From the NCBI RefSeq assembly GCF_001194135.2, contig NC_068993.1:13537831-13601830 (forward strand): 64,000 nt of DNA, read 5' to 3'. The translations under genes and the position numbers were made by a program. The notes under the pieces are model-generated. The model was not told where the DNA came from. It searched no databases and worked only from the letters and a program-made list of their open reading frames with translations. Below are positions 26,063 through 39,584 of the stretch, in pieces (within the stretch, counting starts at the first letter, position 1; every line of letters begins with the position of its first letter). The stretch is from Octopus bimaculoides. Lineage: Eukaryota.

Positions 26063-26839
26063 GTTGAAAAAATGATATGCACATATACCTAAATATTGTT
26101 TTAGTATTTTACCAAGAAAAAAACCGCACGGACATTTGTTCTAACCCAATATAATATAATAAACAATATTATAATGTTATGCAACAGTATATAATACAAT
26201 ATTATAAAATAGTATATAATATATTATATTATATAATATATTATATAATATAATATACACTCACATCCCAACACACAGAAACACACACACATAAATATAA
26301 ATATATGAGTGTATTTCTGTGGGTGTTTCATTCGATGTTTCACGAATTCAACACCTTAACATTGTGTTAGATATATATTTCCATATATTTAATGTAAAAC
26401 ACAACACGCAGATAAAATGACAGATACAGAAATAAATATAAATATTGATATTTACCACCAGGTGGCGTAATAGATATGAGACAGTTAAACATTTGAGAAC
26501 ATTAATATTTATGAGTTTAACATATTCTCTCATATCTGTGTATTAACTATTACGTCGATTGAAGTGAATGACCTGTTAAGTAGAACAACAGCTCATAGCT
26601 TCGTTGGTTATTTGTTTGCATATGTTTTATGTTCTGTCTTATATCCCCATGGAGATAATAGTTTATTTTTATTTTTCGTTTTCACCAAATTTTGTCTAGC
26701 TTAATAATTATGTTTATTACATTTGAAATTACAAGAAATGCTCTGTGCCCTTGAGTCGTTCTGATAGCTTTGAAGCTAATAATAATATTTATAACAGCAT
26801 TATTTATAATAATAATTATGGACTCTGCCGTCGAAGTGT

Positions 26840-27083
26840 TCAGTTTTTTGCCGAACGATCTGCACAAATGATTTGTTTCTAGTGATCAAATGCATTTCTT
26901 GTACAATAGATCACTCCTTCCATCAAGACAACGCTACCCGAACAGGTACACAGCGTATAACACGTCAGGTGTCGAAGTGATCACTGAGCAATGCGAGATG
27001 AAGTGTTTTCCTCATAGCACTCGATCTAGGTATTGAAACGACGATCTTGCGATCGTGAATGCAACACTCTAACCACTAGAGCA
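26840..27083 (-). mobile_element. tRNA-derived SINE family D
   Basis: Minus strand GCTCTAGTGGTTAGAGTG...CGTTTCAATACC (A/B-box-like), then GAAAACACTTCATCTCGCATTGCTC, resembling the central block of the 53869 SINE, then a distinct 3' body. Confidence 0.65.
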
Positions 27084-27143
27084 CGCGTACTCAATAATGA
27101 TGATAATGATAATAATAATAATAACAATATTAATAATAATAAT

Positions 27144-27372
27144 CAGAGGAAAAGCTGAAAAATTCAACACTTTAGAAGTTGATAGTGTGCGGATTTGGGA
27201 CATGAAATCTGGAAAGGTTGTGCCTGCGATTACTGGTGCATTAGGAACGGTTAGTGATGATTTAGACGAATGGATAAATGGATTGGAATGGAATATCATG
27301 TAGAGCAGAAAGTTTGCCCTGAAAAAACAAGAAATATCAAAAAAGGTCTTACACACTTGGTGGCTTATTAAA
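27144..27372 (+). mobile_element. R4/Dong-like RLE retrotransposon 3' fragment directly after (AAT)n
   Basis: KAEKFNTLEVDSVRIWDMKSGKVVPAITGALGTVSDDLDEWI matches the RLE C-terminus (EKxxKYxxL..LW...VVPIVxGALG). Abuts (AAT)n at 27093-27143. Confidence 0.75.
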
Positions 27373-27482
27373 ATAATTTGGATTTCTAATGTAAAGGTGA
27401 TAAACCACTACACACGTAAATTCTACGAGGAATGAGACCAGTCCTGAATGAAGAGGAATAATTAAAAAAAAAAAAAAAGAAA

Positions 27483-27620
27483 CGATTCTACTATTGACAC
27501 AAGGCCTGAACTTATGAGGCAGCGTCCAAGTGGTACTCAATTCCTCCACTTGAAAAAGTAAGATCGACCTTGGTGGCACTTGAATTCAGAATTGCTAATA
27601 ACTCTGCCAGCTCGCCACCC
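27483..27620 (-). mobile_element. SINE family M, deleted copy
   Basis: Plus strand CACAAGGCCTGAA...GATCGACCTTGGTGG...GAATTCAGAA...CTGCCAGCTCGCCACC. Confidence 0.7.
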
Positions 27621-27732
<112 letters not shown>

Positions 27733-27848
27733 TTCTACTATCTGCACAAGGCGTGAAATTTTGGGGAAGAGGAAGGTCGATTACATCGACCCCAGTACAC
27801 GACTTGCCCTTATTTTATCGACTCCGAAAAGATGAAAGACAACGTCTT
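27733..27848 (-). mobile_element. SINE family M, 3' half
   Basis: GCACAAGGCGTGAAATTTTGGGG...GTCGATTACATCGACCCCAGTAC...TTTTATCGACTCCGAAAAGATGAAAG. Confidence 0.75.
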
Positions 27849-27916
27849 CGTATGTGTGCATGTATGTATATTTGCAAGTAAATATTTTGCATCAAAATTT
27901 GAAAGATTCATCATCG

Positions 27917-27955
<39 letters not shown>

Positions 27956-27966
27956 CCACCACCAAC

Positions 27967-28195
27967 AAGACGGCGGGCTGGCAGAATTGCTAACTCAGCA
28001 AAACTCAGGAAAATGCTCAGCACCATTTCGTCCGTCATCACGTTTTGAGTTCAAATTCAGCCGAGGTCGACTTTGCCTTTCATCCTTTCTGGGGTCGATA
28101 AAAAAAAAATTTGCTAGTTGAACACTGGAGTCGATGTAATCAACTAAGCCCCTTTCCTAAACCTGCTGGCCTTGTGCCAAAATTTGAAAACAACA
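27967..28195 (+). mobile_element. SINE family M, full length
   Basis: AAGACGGCGGGCTGGCAGAA...GAGTTCAAATTCAGCCGAGGTCGACTTTGCCTTTCATCCTTTC...GGCCTTGTGCCAAAATTTGAAA. Confidence 0.85.
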
Positions 28196-28701
28196 TTACA
28201 TCTAGAGCATAAGAAGGCCATTGTATATTATGAACTCAGAGGGAAGTGTGGTCAGAACAAATACAAACACCACAAAAATCCATTGCTATCGTTCCAACAT
28301 ATTCCAGTCGAGTGTTAATAGCTGAAAAGTAAAATTGATTTGGGATAGATTTGAACTCAGCGCGGAGGGCATAAGAAAAAAATACGACCTGATTACTATT
28401 CGATACAATAACGAACCTGCCAATAAATTATCTCATAATCAGTATTTTTTTTCCAGTTTGGCTGACATGGGAAAATTCTTTTGAGCGCTGCAGTATATCT
28501 CTTTCTTTACATAGATTCTCAGTAATGCCTTCACTTGATTTCACGTCCATATTTTACATTTCGTTTCTTCTATCATCCATCCACTATGCAAATAAGGCGA
28601 AATGGACAATTAATTGTGGATCTTAAGCGTGATGGGAAATTATTAATGAAATGATGTTTAATAAGTATCATCTCACCTTACGCGAGTGATACATACATAC
28701 A

Positions 28702-28739
<38 letters not shown>

Positions 28740-29148
28740 NNNNNNNNNNNNNNNNNNNNNNNNNNNNNNNNNNNNNNNNNNNNNNNNNNNNNNNNNNNNN
28801 NNNNNNNNNNNNNNNNNNNNNNNNNNNNNNNNNNNNNNNNNNNNNNNNNNNNNNNNNNNNNNNNNNNNNNNNNNNNNNNNNNNNNNNNNNNNNNNNNNNN
28901 NNNNNNNNNNNNNNNNNNNNNNNNNNNNNNNNNNNNNNNNNNNNNNNNNNNNNNNNNNNNNNNTAAATATATATATAGGTGGGTGTATATGTATATATAT
29001 GTATGTTTGTGTGTATGTGTGTGGGTGTATGTGTGGGTGTGTACGCATGCACAATCATATCTCTCCTTCTCACACTATCTATCAATGTTTGTACTGACGC
29101 ACAGAAATACGTAAGCACCGATGCATTACATTCATATATGCATGCACA

Positions 29149-29191
<43 letters not shown>

Positions 29192-29253
29192 NNNNNNNNN
29201 NNNNNNNNNNNNNNNNNNNNNNNNNNNNNNNNNNNNNNNNNNNNNNNNNNNNN

Positions 29254-29300
<47 letters not shown>

Positions 29301-30188
29301 TACATTTATCCATACACACCCAACATATGTAATCTCTGCTAGTAACTAACATGCGAAGTCTACATCTACGCGCTTAACTCGATCACTAGTATTGAAGATT
29401 AAATGTAAATAAATTCATGATTGGCAAACAATTTTTAATATATTGACATCCACCCAAGTAATTACGGATAGGTTTAGACTGCCCTACAGATATATTGCCA
29501 AAGTTAGATAAATATTTTTCCATTACATCCGATGTTTATCCGACAATGTCCTGGAGATGGTCAACAAATAAGAATCAACACGTATCTAAGAAATTATTCA
29601 CACCGCAGAAAATTTGTATATGCATGTATGTATTTCTATGTATTCATTACACATACATACGTACATCCATCCATTCATCCATCCATCCATCCGTATGTAC
29701 GTATGTATGTATGTATGTATTTATGCATGCATGCTTATATATATATATATATATACATATTCATATATGTTCGTATACGTATACATGTGTATATAAACGT
29801 GAATATATGTATGTAATATATGTGTTTGGCATAATACATACATATATACATACATATATATGTGTATGTGGGTGTGTGCGTGTGTATGCATGTGTATGTT
29901 GGTGTGTGCGTATGTATGTATGTATGTATGTATGTATGTGTGTATGTATGTGTGTATAAAACATAGGCTTTATTATATTATTGCATTAAAATAATAAAAT
30001 ATCATAGAAAGAAAATCAAGGAATGTTGATATTAAAAGATCTAAAATTTGCCTATAAATCTCGAGGTAGTTATACAAATATACTCTGAAAACGTGTAACA
30101 ACAAACCAAGGAAATATGTTATTGTACTTCCATGAAATATCTCTTACATTCTCTCTTTTCCTTCCTCTCTCTTTCGCCGTCTGTCTAT

Positions 30189-30227
<39 letters not shown>

Positions 30228-30458
30228 ATANNNNNNNNNNNNNNNNNNNNNNNNNNNNNNNNNNNNNNNNNNNNNNNNNNNNNNNNNNNNNNNNNNNNNN
30301 NNNNNNNNNNNNNNNNNNNNNNNNNNNNNNNNNNNNNNNNNNNNNNNNNNNNNNNNNNNNNNNNNNNNNNNNNNNNNNNNNNNNNNNNNNNNNNNNNNNN
30401 NNNNNNNNNNNNNNNNNNNNNNNNTATATATGTGTGTTTGTGTGTATTTGTGTGCGTA

Positions 30459-30673
30459 TACTCTTTTACTCTTTTACTTGTTTCAGTCATTTGTCTGCGG
30501 CCATGCGGGAGCACCTCCTTTAGTCGAGCAAAACGACCTCAGGACTTATTCTTTGTAAGCCTAGTACTTATACTATCGGGCTCTCTTGCCGATCCGTTAC
30601 GGGGACGTAAGCACACCAGCATCGATTGTCAAGCGATGTTGGGTGGACAAACACACACACGCGCTCGCGCACG

Positions 30674-30725
<52 letters not shown>

Positions 30726-30857
30726 CGACGGGCTTCTTTCAGTTTCCGTCTACCAAATCCTCTCATAAGTCTATGGTCGGCTCGAGGTTATAGTAGAAGA
30801 CACCTGCCCAAGGTTCCACGCAGTGGCACTGAACCCAGAACCATGTGGTTGGTTCTT
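30459..30857 (-). mobile_element. Family A CORE-type SINE with internal (GC)/(CA)/(TA) microsatellite
   Basis: Collinear with 2501-2958. Confidence 0.88.
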
Positions 30858-30890
30858 ACGTATATATATATATATATATATATCTATATA

Positions 30891-30922
<32 letters not shown>

Positions 30923-31367
30923 TTACATATATCTATATATATATATATTTGCAGACATTACATTATACAAAAAGCTCTCAGAGGAACCAGCTTCGTGTTA
31001 CACAAGTTAACCTAGCTAATAATTGCTGACACATCTATATCTTTCCAAAAACTGCGTTAAGATAAATACCCCAAGTAAATTATAAAGAGTTAATTATCGC
31101 CCCCATTAGGCGTTTTAAAGTTTCCCTTTGAGTCTCATGCACATCTGCTTATCTGATAAATCCTTCCAACACATTTCAAAGTTTTCATTTAATAAATGTA
31201 TTATTAGAGTACTCTAGATGTAAAATACAACTTGAGTTGTATAATATAATATATATACACGCATTCACACACAAAAGCACACACATGCATATATACATAT
31301 ATATATTTATATGTATTTATATGTATATATATATACATATAAATATATATACATACACATATATGTG

Positions 31368-31398
<31 letters not shown>

Positions 31399-31399
<1 letters not shown>

Positions 31400-32250
31400 C
31401 CGAAATTGACAGGCTGCAGTTTAATGCTGAAAAATTTCAAGCACTGCACTATCAACTCATGAATGCACTACAGCCTGCATATACAGGACCCGAAGTCACT
31501 AGAATCAGCCGGTGAATGACGCGTCATTTTATATGCACATTACCAATATGGCAGCAAAGTCCAGTCAACTGGCAGAATGGTTACCGAGCTCCCTCAAGGC
31601 AAAAGACCAAGAAACTATGTTGACCTTGTGGAGAACCTTTGTTCCCAGTCACCTGGACCACTTTTCCCAGTTATGACCACGACATAGTGGAGCTTGAAGC
31701 AGTCCAACACCATTACACAAAAAATTGAGACACTGCAGCAGATGAGCTTCAAGAATAGGATGAGAAAATTTGCAACTTTATTCCCTGGAGCGAAGGCGCG
31801 ACAGATATGTAATACTCTACATACGGTAAAGTCTAGAAGGGCTAGTACCGAACATCGGGATTGAGTGTTATACAAATGCCAGAACTGACTGCCATTGTAT
31901 GGTACCAAAGGTATCACCCATTCCATCTAAATTCAGGATCAGGTACTACAATAGTCTAGGATTCAAAGGCCCACAGCTCTTAAAAATTAAGAAATCTGCA
32001 TAAGGTGGAACTAGATGTATGCGAAAGGGAAATAGTCAACCTCCTCTCCATAATAACGGATGAACCAAGAGCCTAACATGAGGTGCAGACGACGGCAGCG
32101 GAATCAAACTCCTTTAAACACCAAATGGACCAGCAGCTGGGAGAAAGGAACATACAGAAGTGGTGATGTGAAACACCACAGACTGAGGAAGTCAGAAATA
32201 TCACAATGGTGCTCCAGTATGACAGCAGCTGCATAGCTTAAGCGAGTAAA
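31399..32250 (+). mobile_element. CR1/L2-group LINE, 3' part of ORF2 plus 3' UTR (decayed)
   Basis: Fragments AEIDRLQFNAEKFQALHY, MLTLWRTFVPSHLDHFSQL, QLYSLERRRDRYVILYIR, LEGLVPNIGIECYTNART and YNSLGFKGPQL. FNxxKxxxLH and LYSLERRR are CR1/L2 RT C-terminal motifs. Confidence 0.85.
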
Positions 32251-32321
32251 GGAATGCGCACACACACACACATTTCTTTCTATTTTTTTTGTGCGTATGT
32301 ATCTATGTATCTGTGTATGCG

Positions 32322-32379
<58 letters not shown>

Positions 32380-33882
32380 TGTGTGTATGTGTGTCTGTAT
32401 AGAGATAGGAAAGGGAAAAACTGAATTTATGACGATATATATAGTAAAACTTTCTCCTTTAGGTATGCCAAAATTACTAAACCTTTCGACATAGTTACCT
32501 GTATACATACCTCTCTACCTCACTAAACACACATGCACACACATACGCACACATGCGCACACGCACACAAAACACGTGTGTGTTTATCTGGATGTATACA
32601 TAAAGAGAGAGGAAGAGAGAAAGTAGAGAGAGATAGAATTATGTCTTTATTTTGCAACGGCTTCTATTATTTAATGCGTATATTATTAAACCATTAAACG
32701 TCATAGTTAACAATAAACTTTCAGTGGAGATACATTTCAGTTATTCATTACAATATGAAGTTAGACTAAGTAATAAATAGCACTCTGGTTTTCCCCAAAT
32801 CCTCAAACGAAAAATACTTAAATACCAAATTGAATGGCTTTATATTCTACAACTGAAATATCAACTATACCAACATTCATATGAGCTACATAAACAAATA
32901 TTGTTAAATGGAATATCTATATTTTGTGTGTATATNNNNNNNNNNNNNNNNNNNNNNNNNNNNNNNNNNNNNNNNNNNNNNNNNNNNNNNNNNNNNNNNN
33001 NNNNNNNNNNNNNNNNNNNNNNNNNNNNNNNNNNNNNNNATATATATATCTTCACACATGCATACACACATACACACACATTCCTTTATACATTCTGATA
33101 TGAATGCAATTTTTAATATTGAATTGTTAAAGTGAAATAGGTGTGTGGATTGCTTATTTAAATATACACGGTTATCATAAATTCAAAAAACTTTTATAAG
33201 TATTCGTTGTGATTATAGTTCATCATACGTTTTGTTGACTGAGCTAAAATTAATAAATTTCGACAGCTATTCATTCCAGCAAACTGATAAGAATATATAT
33301 CACATTTACCACAAAAATTATTCGCAGGCTCTATTAAGAATTTTTATCCTTGTTTTCGATACCAAATTAATCCATTTATAGCAGGAAACCATAAGGCAAA
33401 ATAGACATATATTTATTATACATTATATTTTATACGTAGGTGTACATAGTCAACAGTCTTTTGCATACTGTTATTGCACATATTTCATATTACAGTAGCA
33501 ATCGAATTACTTAGGATACATCCGATACGAAGATGCCTAATGTCGTGGTACTATTTTTGCTATAATATTTGGTCAATTGATTCCTTGCCAGGTACGATCA
33601 AATATGCTCGTGTTAATATTCATTCCAGATTCTACCTCGCTACTTTTCAATATTAATAGGACGGTATTGTTCAAGTGACATTTCACGATTTCATGACGAT
33701 AGGATGTGATCTGAAGGGGAGAGAGTTAGTATTTCTTTCAGATTGTGCAACCGAGTATGCCTCGGTTCTTTCGTTGGTATACAGAGATTAGGCCAAGCGT
33801 AAGGCAAAGCAACCTTGCCGAAGTTTTAACGACAGACAATCCAGCAACTTCCTAATAATACTGAGTAGATAGAGTGTGGTAT

Positions 33883-34030
33883 ACATTATTTACATTACTT
33901 ACATTTGACGGATATTTCTCCTTATCTTGATTGTTGTTAACACAACATTTCGGTTGATATACCTCCAGCCTTCATCAGGTGTCGTGGGGAACTTTCCAGC
34001 CTGGGTTCTCATTCCTAAGGTATTTTTCGA

Positions 34031-34082
<52 letters not shown>

Positions 34083-34143
34083 ATCACTGCCTGGAATCGA
34101 ACTCAGAATCTTGGGGTATCTCGCGCTCTTAACCACTACGCCA
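33883..34143 (-). mobile_element. tRNA-headed SINE family E with internal (AAT)n and Penelope-like hammerhead tail
   Basis: Minus strand has A box TGGCGTAGTGG, B box GAGTTCGATTCC, (AAT)n, a body containing GACACCTGATGAAGGCTGG...CCGAAATGTTGTGTT, and a (TGTAAATAA)-type tail. Confidence 0.85.
33939..33983 (-). ncRNA. Putative minimal type I hammerhead ribozyme (decayed copy)
   Basis: GACAC CUGAUGA A GGCUG gagguauau CAACC GAAA UG UU GUGUU. Helix I GACAC/GUGUU, intact core, one helix II mismatch, helix III CG changed to UG. Confidence 0.65.
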
Positions 34144-34179
34144 TAACCCCAAGATTCCTAGTTCGATTCCAGGCAGTGA

Positions 34180-34260
<81 letters not shown>

Positions 34261-34433
34261 CAACATCGAAAAATGAGAACCCAGGTTCGAAATTTCCCCA
34301 AGACACCTGATGAAATCTGGAGGGTATATCAGCCGAAACATTGTGTTAACAACAAACAAGATGAGGACAAATAACCATCAGATGTGAATATGTAAATAAT
34401 ATACACAATTCCTCATCTCTTAACTATAGAACT
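34144..34433 (+). mobile_element. SINE family E, second copy, head-to-head with the first and lacking the A box
   Basis: TAACCCCAAGATTCCTAGTTCGATTCCAGGCAGTGACCTGAAT(AAT)n then the same body. Reverse-complementary to 33883-34120 at roughly 85% by eye. Confidence 0.85.
34302..34347 (+). ncRNA. Putative minimal type I hammerhead ribozyme (decayed copy)
   Basis: GACAC CUGAUGA A AUCUG gaggguauau CAGCC GAAA CA UU GUGUU. Intact core, 5' arm of helix II damaged, helix III CG changed to CA. Confidence 0.65.
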
Positions 34434-34546
34434 GGAGTGTGGTATAGTTTTTGAACTGAACTAAATTATTCAGTCATAGAATACAAACATAATTTAGTAT
34501 CTATTAATAGTGTAGTATGCATTATATATATATAGCATACAAAGCA

Positions 34547-34757
34547 GCAATATGGCAGAATCGTTAACACGCCGGGAATAATACTGAAAGGCATTTCGTC
34601 CCTCTTTACGTTCTGATTTCAAATCCCACCGTTGCCGACTTTGCTTTTCATCCTTTCGGGGACCATAAAAGAAATACCAGTTGAACACTGGTGTCAATGT
34701 AATCGACTTCCCCACTTCCCCGAAACTACCGGCCTTGTGCCAAAATTTGAAATCAAT
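34547..34757 (+). mobile_element. SINE family M
   Basis: ATGGCAGAATCGTTAACACGCCGGG...GACTTTGCTTTTCATCCTTTCGGGG...GGCCTTGTGCCAAAATTTGAAATC. Confidence 0.82.
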
Positions 34758-35897
34758 ATAGCATATGCTATTATTGTACTGTATAGTAGTAGCTGCAGGT
34801 CATTTCATATTTGGGTAGGATTGCAAATGTAGAGTATTTTTTTTTTGTAGTTGTGATGAAGTGAAATACAAGGCAATACTAGATACTTCAGTATGATGCA
34901 TTGCAATTCTTTCTAGTGGTTCTAATATATTTAATGTGTTGAGATCTTAGATTGATAAAAACTGTAGAGCCAAACTCTGCATGCATTTCAATGTTTGTAA
35001 TTTAAAGGGATGTGAGTAGACATTGTAGCATTGGTCGAGATGTTACTGATTATATCGCTGGCCGTCTCCGAGTAACAATAAATGAAAGCCATTAGAAAGT
35101 TATAGAAAATTATGGAATATTGAAACATTTAAAAATTATCCATTTTTTTTTTTTTTAATATTCGCAATCTATATTGACTGAAATATTCCAGACGACAGCT
35201 ACAACAAAAGAAATGCCATTATAGAGAAAGACATACTTTTTAATTACATGTATTCATTCTGTAAATTATGTCTATCTGCAAGATTATAAGCGACAACTCA
35301 TTGTATTTGGTAACATATATTTTTGCTCAATTCAAGCAGACAAGATTCACACCCATTAATTCACTAGGTTACGTTCATCGGTCGTATAGGGAGGGGATTG
35401 GACAGGTGCAAAAGAACCTGATATGTAGGAAAGAAAGCCAATTATGTTTCATTTTTTTGGCAGATTAACTTAGTAGAAGACTTCTTCAAGGTATTCGCCA
35501 AATTTTTGTTATAGATCATTGGTGCGATGTAGGAAGTTGGTTGATATTATGACAGTAAAATTTATGAGAATTTTATTAAGCTTCGGTTGGTACTAAAATG
35601 TATAATATTTCGTTAGTCGTGGATTAAAATCATACGTGGGCAAAGATAGAGAAACAAAAAAGAAAAAGGACAATGACAGTATATAATTAGTGAATTGTAT
35701 TCTTTAATCATGAAATAAAATCCGAGACATTTCCATAAACGCTTCATTATTAAAAGATTAAGGATCATTATTATAACCACTGTATTAAAAAAAATAATGA
35801 TAAAAAGACATATAAGCCCACACATATTAGAAACATACGAAAGATAACTTTCTGTCTGTCTATCTATTTATATACACATACATACATATGAATATAT

Positions 35898-35979
<82 letters not shown>

Positions 35980-36044
35980 GTGTGTATGTGTAGATAGATA
36001 AATAGATAGACAGAGATAGATAGAGAGATAGATAGATGACAGAT

Positions 36045-36075
<31 letters not shown>

Positions 36076-36740
36076 TAGATAGTCATACATACATACAGAC
36101 AGACAGACAGATAGATAGATAGATAGATAGATAGAACACAGAGCACGGCCATTTGAAATATTTGAGACAAATATTAATTTTCTAATCAAGCGACTTCTTT
36201 CTAATTATATACGTGATACTTCATAAATCACTAATTATTAAATATTTGTAGTGTATGTTTTGTGTTTGTGATATACTATACTGGGGAACTGTATGTATGT
36301 GACTGTGTAATATGATAATTGACAACAATTAAATTAATCATATTCTGTGTGAATTGATTAAATATCGACACAAGATAGAGGGAAAGATAAATAAAGATTC
36401 AATTAATTAAGGTAAGCAGAAGTTAATCAAATTCATTTCATCGCAATGTTTGACGAGTCACCGATACATTTTGCTGTAGCAACCGACATAGGAAATCTGA
36501 AATAGATATAAAGTAATTATAACTTAGACTGTTTTATGAGACACTGATTGTGTGATAATATGTTAAGTGTGTAAAATATAGAGGTTAGAATGAAGTGGGC
36601 CACTTGATTTTGAATAGTTCCGTTTACTTCCTATAACAGGAGTATTTGTTACAAAGTTCTCTTCGTAATCACACGTTTCTGATTTCGATTCCAGTGCGTA
36701 ATAAATTTAATGCATTTTATTCCTCTGTAACATTCGAGTG

Positions 36741-37143
36741 GTGGGTGGAGGCACAATGGCCCAGTGGTTAGGGCAGCGGACTCGCGGTCACAGGATCGCG
36801 GTTTCGATTCCCAGACCGGGTCTTGTGAGTGTTTATTGAGCGAAAACACCTAAAGCTCCATGAGGCTCCGGCAGGGGATGGTAGCGAACCCTGCTGTACT
36901 CTTCCATCACAAATTTCTCTCACACTTACTTCCTGTTTCTGTTGTGCCTGTAATTCAAAGGGTCAGCCTTGTCACACTGTGTCACGCAGAATATCCCCGA
37001 GAACTACGTTAAGGGTACACGTGTCTGTGGAGTGCTCAGCCACTTGCACGTTAATTTCACGAGCAGTCTGTTCCGTTAATCGGATCAACTGGAAGCCTCG
37101 ACGTCGTAAGCGACGGAGTGTCAAAAAAGACAAAACAAAAAAA
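36741..37143 (+). mobile_element. tRNA-derived SINE family B, full length, with A-rich tail and 12-bp TSD
   Basis: A box TGGCCCAGTGG, B box GGTTTCGATTCCC, tail AAAAAAGACAAAACAAAAAAA. TSD AACATTCGAGTG at 36729-36740 and 37144-37155. Confidence 0.93.
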
Positions 37144-37775
37144 AACATTCGAGTGAATCCAAGTTCTCGAAAGACCACTGGAAAAAGGTGTCTGCATGGA
37201 GTCCGTTGTATGCCACCTATCGTAGCGCATTTATACATCATCTTGAGTCTTTTCAAGAGAGGTTTCCAGACTGAAAACAACAGAGCAGCAACTGTTTCTT
37301 CCTTACATATCCTCCATCGACATTGGAGACAGAACTAAAAAAAATATGCACGCTGACAATGCAAAGTTGTAGATGAAACCAGGGAACTCTCTGCATTTAA
37401 TTTCTTCCAATAAATTTTGAAGGATGAAGAGAAATGCTCAACAAATATATCTTCCCGCACTATTCTTGAATATCGCGGCTCATTCGATATCATTTAAATC
37501 ATGAGTGTAAAGTAAGGATTAAAACGTTTTCGAGTGTTTACTGTTTTAGGCTATGATTTCAAGTCCAGCATTTTCTTTCTCTTTGATAACAGAACGTACA
37601 GTTCCGTATTTGAAATTGAAATTCATTGGCTCTCCCCCGCCACGAATGCTGTTCTTTTATTTAAAATAGAAAATAAATAGCATGTTTACAATCAAATTAA
37701 CTATGTGATGTGCCTTGTTTCCTTTTCCTAGCTCCTCTCTTTGTATACCTGCACGCACACACACACGCACACACG

Positions 37776-37814
<39 letters not shown>

Positions 37815-39270
37815 GTATGTATGTTCATGTATAGCATTCAAATCCTTTCATAATACTTGCTTTTCAATCTTGTATGGATCGATACAGCAAGAAGGGCTTC
37901 CTATACCGAATTCCATTCAATGGATTCTAAGAGTGCCATACAAATCCATCAGTTCCAATCTACGTGAGGAATATTTATTTAACACAAACAAAATAGGAAG
38001 GAATAGTGAAAATTATAGTGTTCACGACTAAATGCCTATTATAAGCTTTTCATCTCTATTTCTTTCAGCCTTGAGTTCAAATTCTGATATGATCGCTAAC
38101 ATTTAGTACTCGGTATAGATTGATATGATTCATTAGACTATACACCTCTTCAACAAAGCTTGTGGAATTTTGCCAATATAATAAATCACTATTGGGCATA
38201 GTTAATTATAGTAGAGCTATATAAACACAATTATCTCCCGAAGAGGGCCAAGTGTTGATTACGATTATTACAATTTTATAACTAAACCCCATTGCGAAGA
38301 CATGAATATCTTAACTATATATTTCAACGTACCCTAACCATTTTGCATCAATAATAGGTAATTATTATTTCATACATCTCAGAATATAGGTAGATGAAAG
38401 AAGTGGCAGTATGTAGCAACGTCAGGAGCGCCCTTTTGCTTGCATTCACCCCATTCGGTCATGTATTTACCATTATCGTAACGGAAGTTGAATACAATAG
38501 ACTATATCAATCCTTTATGAATTTGTGGCAATGTGCGAAGGTAAGAAATCGTTATTTTATAGAACGTAGCGTTGTTGAATGGCGTTAACAACTGTTTGGC
38601 AAATTCTTCAATTCTATCTCTTTTCCAAGAGGGAATCATATTGATTAGACTACCTCCCATGCAAAAATAATGTAGACACTGCATTATCAATTATATATTC
38701 TTGGGAAAGCGAAACCCTTTTGCTCGTCAAAAGTATGGAGCCTTTAAACCTGCTCGTTTTTCACCAATTCCAATCGCAAATAATTTATAACTAGGATACG
38801 TCACTGTCGAAAACTACATAAAAGGCAGTGATAGCACATAATGGTTATGTTCTCGCTGATTCACTGCCGAAAATACGTTAAATTCTAACCGTGTATATAA
38901 TTTGAATAAGAGTAGTCTCGTTTCAATATAAACCAAAATGTTAACTGCATACGAGTTAGATATTTCTCTAAATTGAGGACGTGTCAATATTCGGTTACTC
39001 TTCTCACAGACAATATTGGCAGTGACTGGATTTTTATAGCATTTCTGCGGTATTCACAAAGCTTAATAGAGGCATTCACTTTTTCTACAGACAGGTTTGA
39101 ATTGATGAGAGGACGAATGCCAGCCGCTCGTTATTACGTATTACAAAAGAACAAATAAAAAGAGGACAATTGAAATTATGCAAAAGTTGCCATAAATTTA
39201 ACTAAATGTTTCAAACAATGGTACTCACAAGCCATTAGGATTTCAGCAGATTTTATTATTGTTATTATTA

Positions 39271-39322
<52 letters not shown>

Positions 39323-39584
39323 GGCGATGATGTCACAGCTACTACTATACTGGTGTGGTACAGATTAAAAAGCAGTAAATTACAATATACGGTTTCGTCT
39401 TTCCGCTACACAAATTTACATCATGCCTTATTCCTCTTTGACACGCCGCCCAGCTTTGTCCTTCGATTATATAACTACCCGAGACTTTAGATTAGATATG
39501 ACATCTCATATCACAATCATAATCTTCCTCCCCCTCCGTTACACCACCACCACCACCAACATCATCGTCACAGTCATACTCATA

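Noticed and set aside
36747-36820. tRNA-like heads of families B, C, D and E as tRNA genes
   Set aside because: A and B boxes are present, but I could not fold a full cloverleaf. Each head runs into a SINE body; the B and C copies also have TSDs.
38394-38546. Candidate coding exon MKEVAVCSN...LWQCAK ending in a strong donor AAG/GTAAGA
   Set aside because: No recognisable homology, an in-frame stop immediately upstream and no partner exon. Such donors occur by chance in 64 kb.
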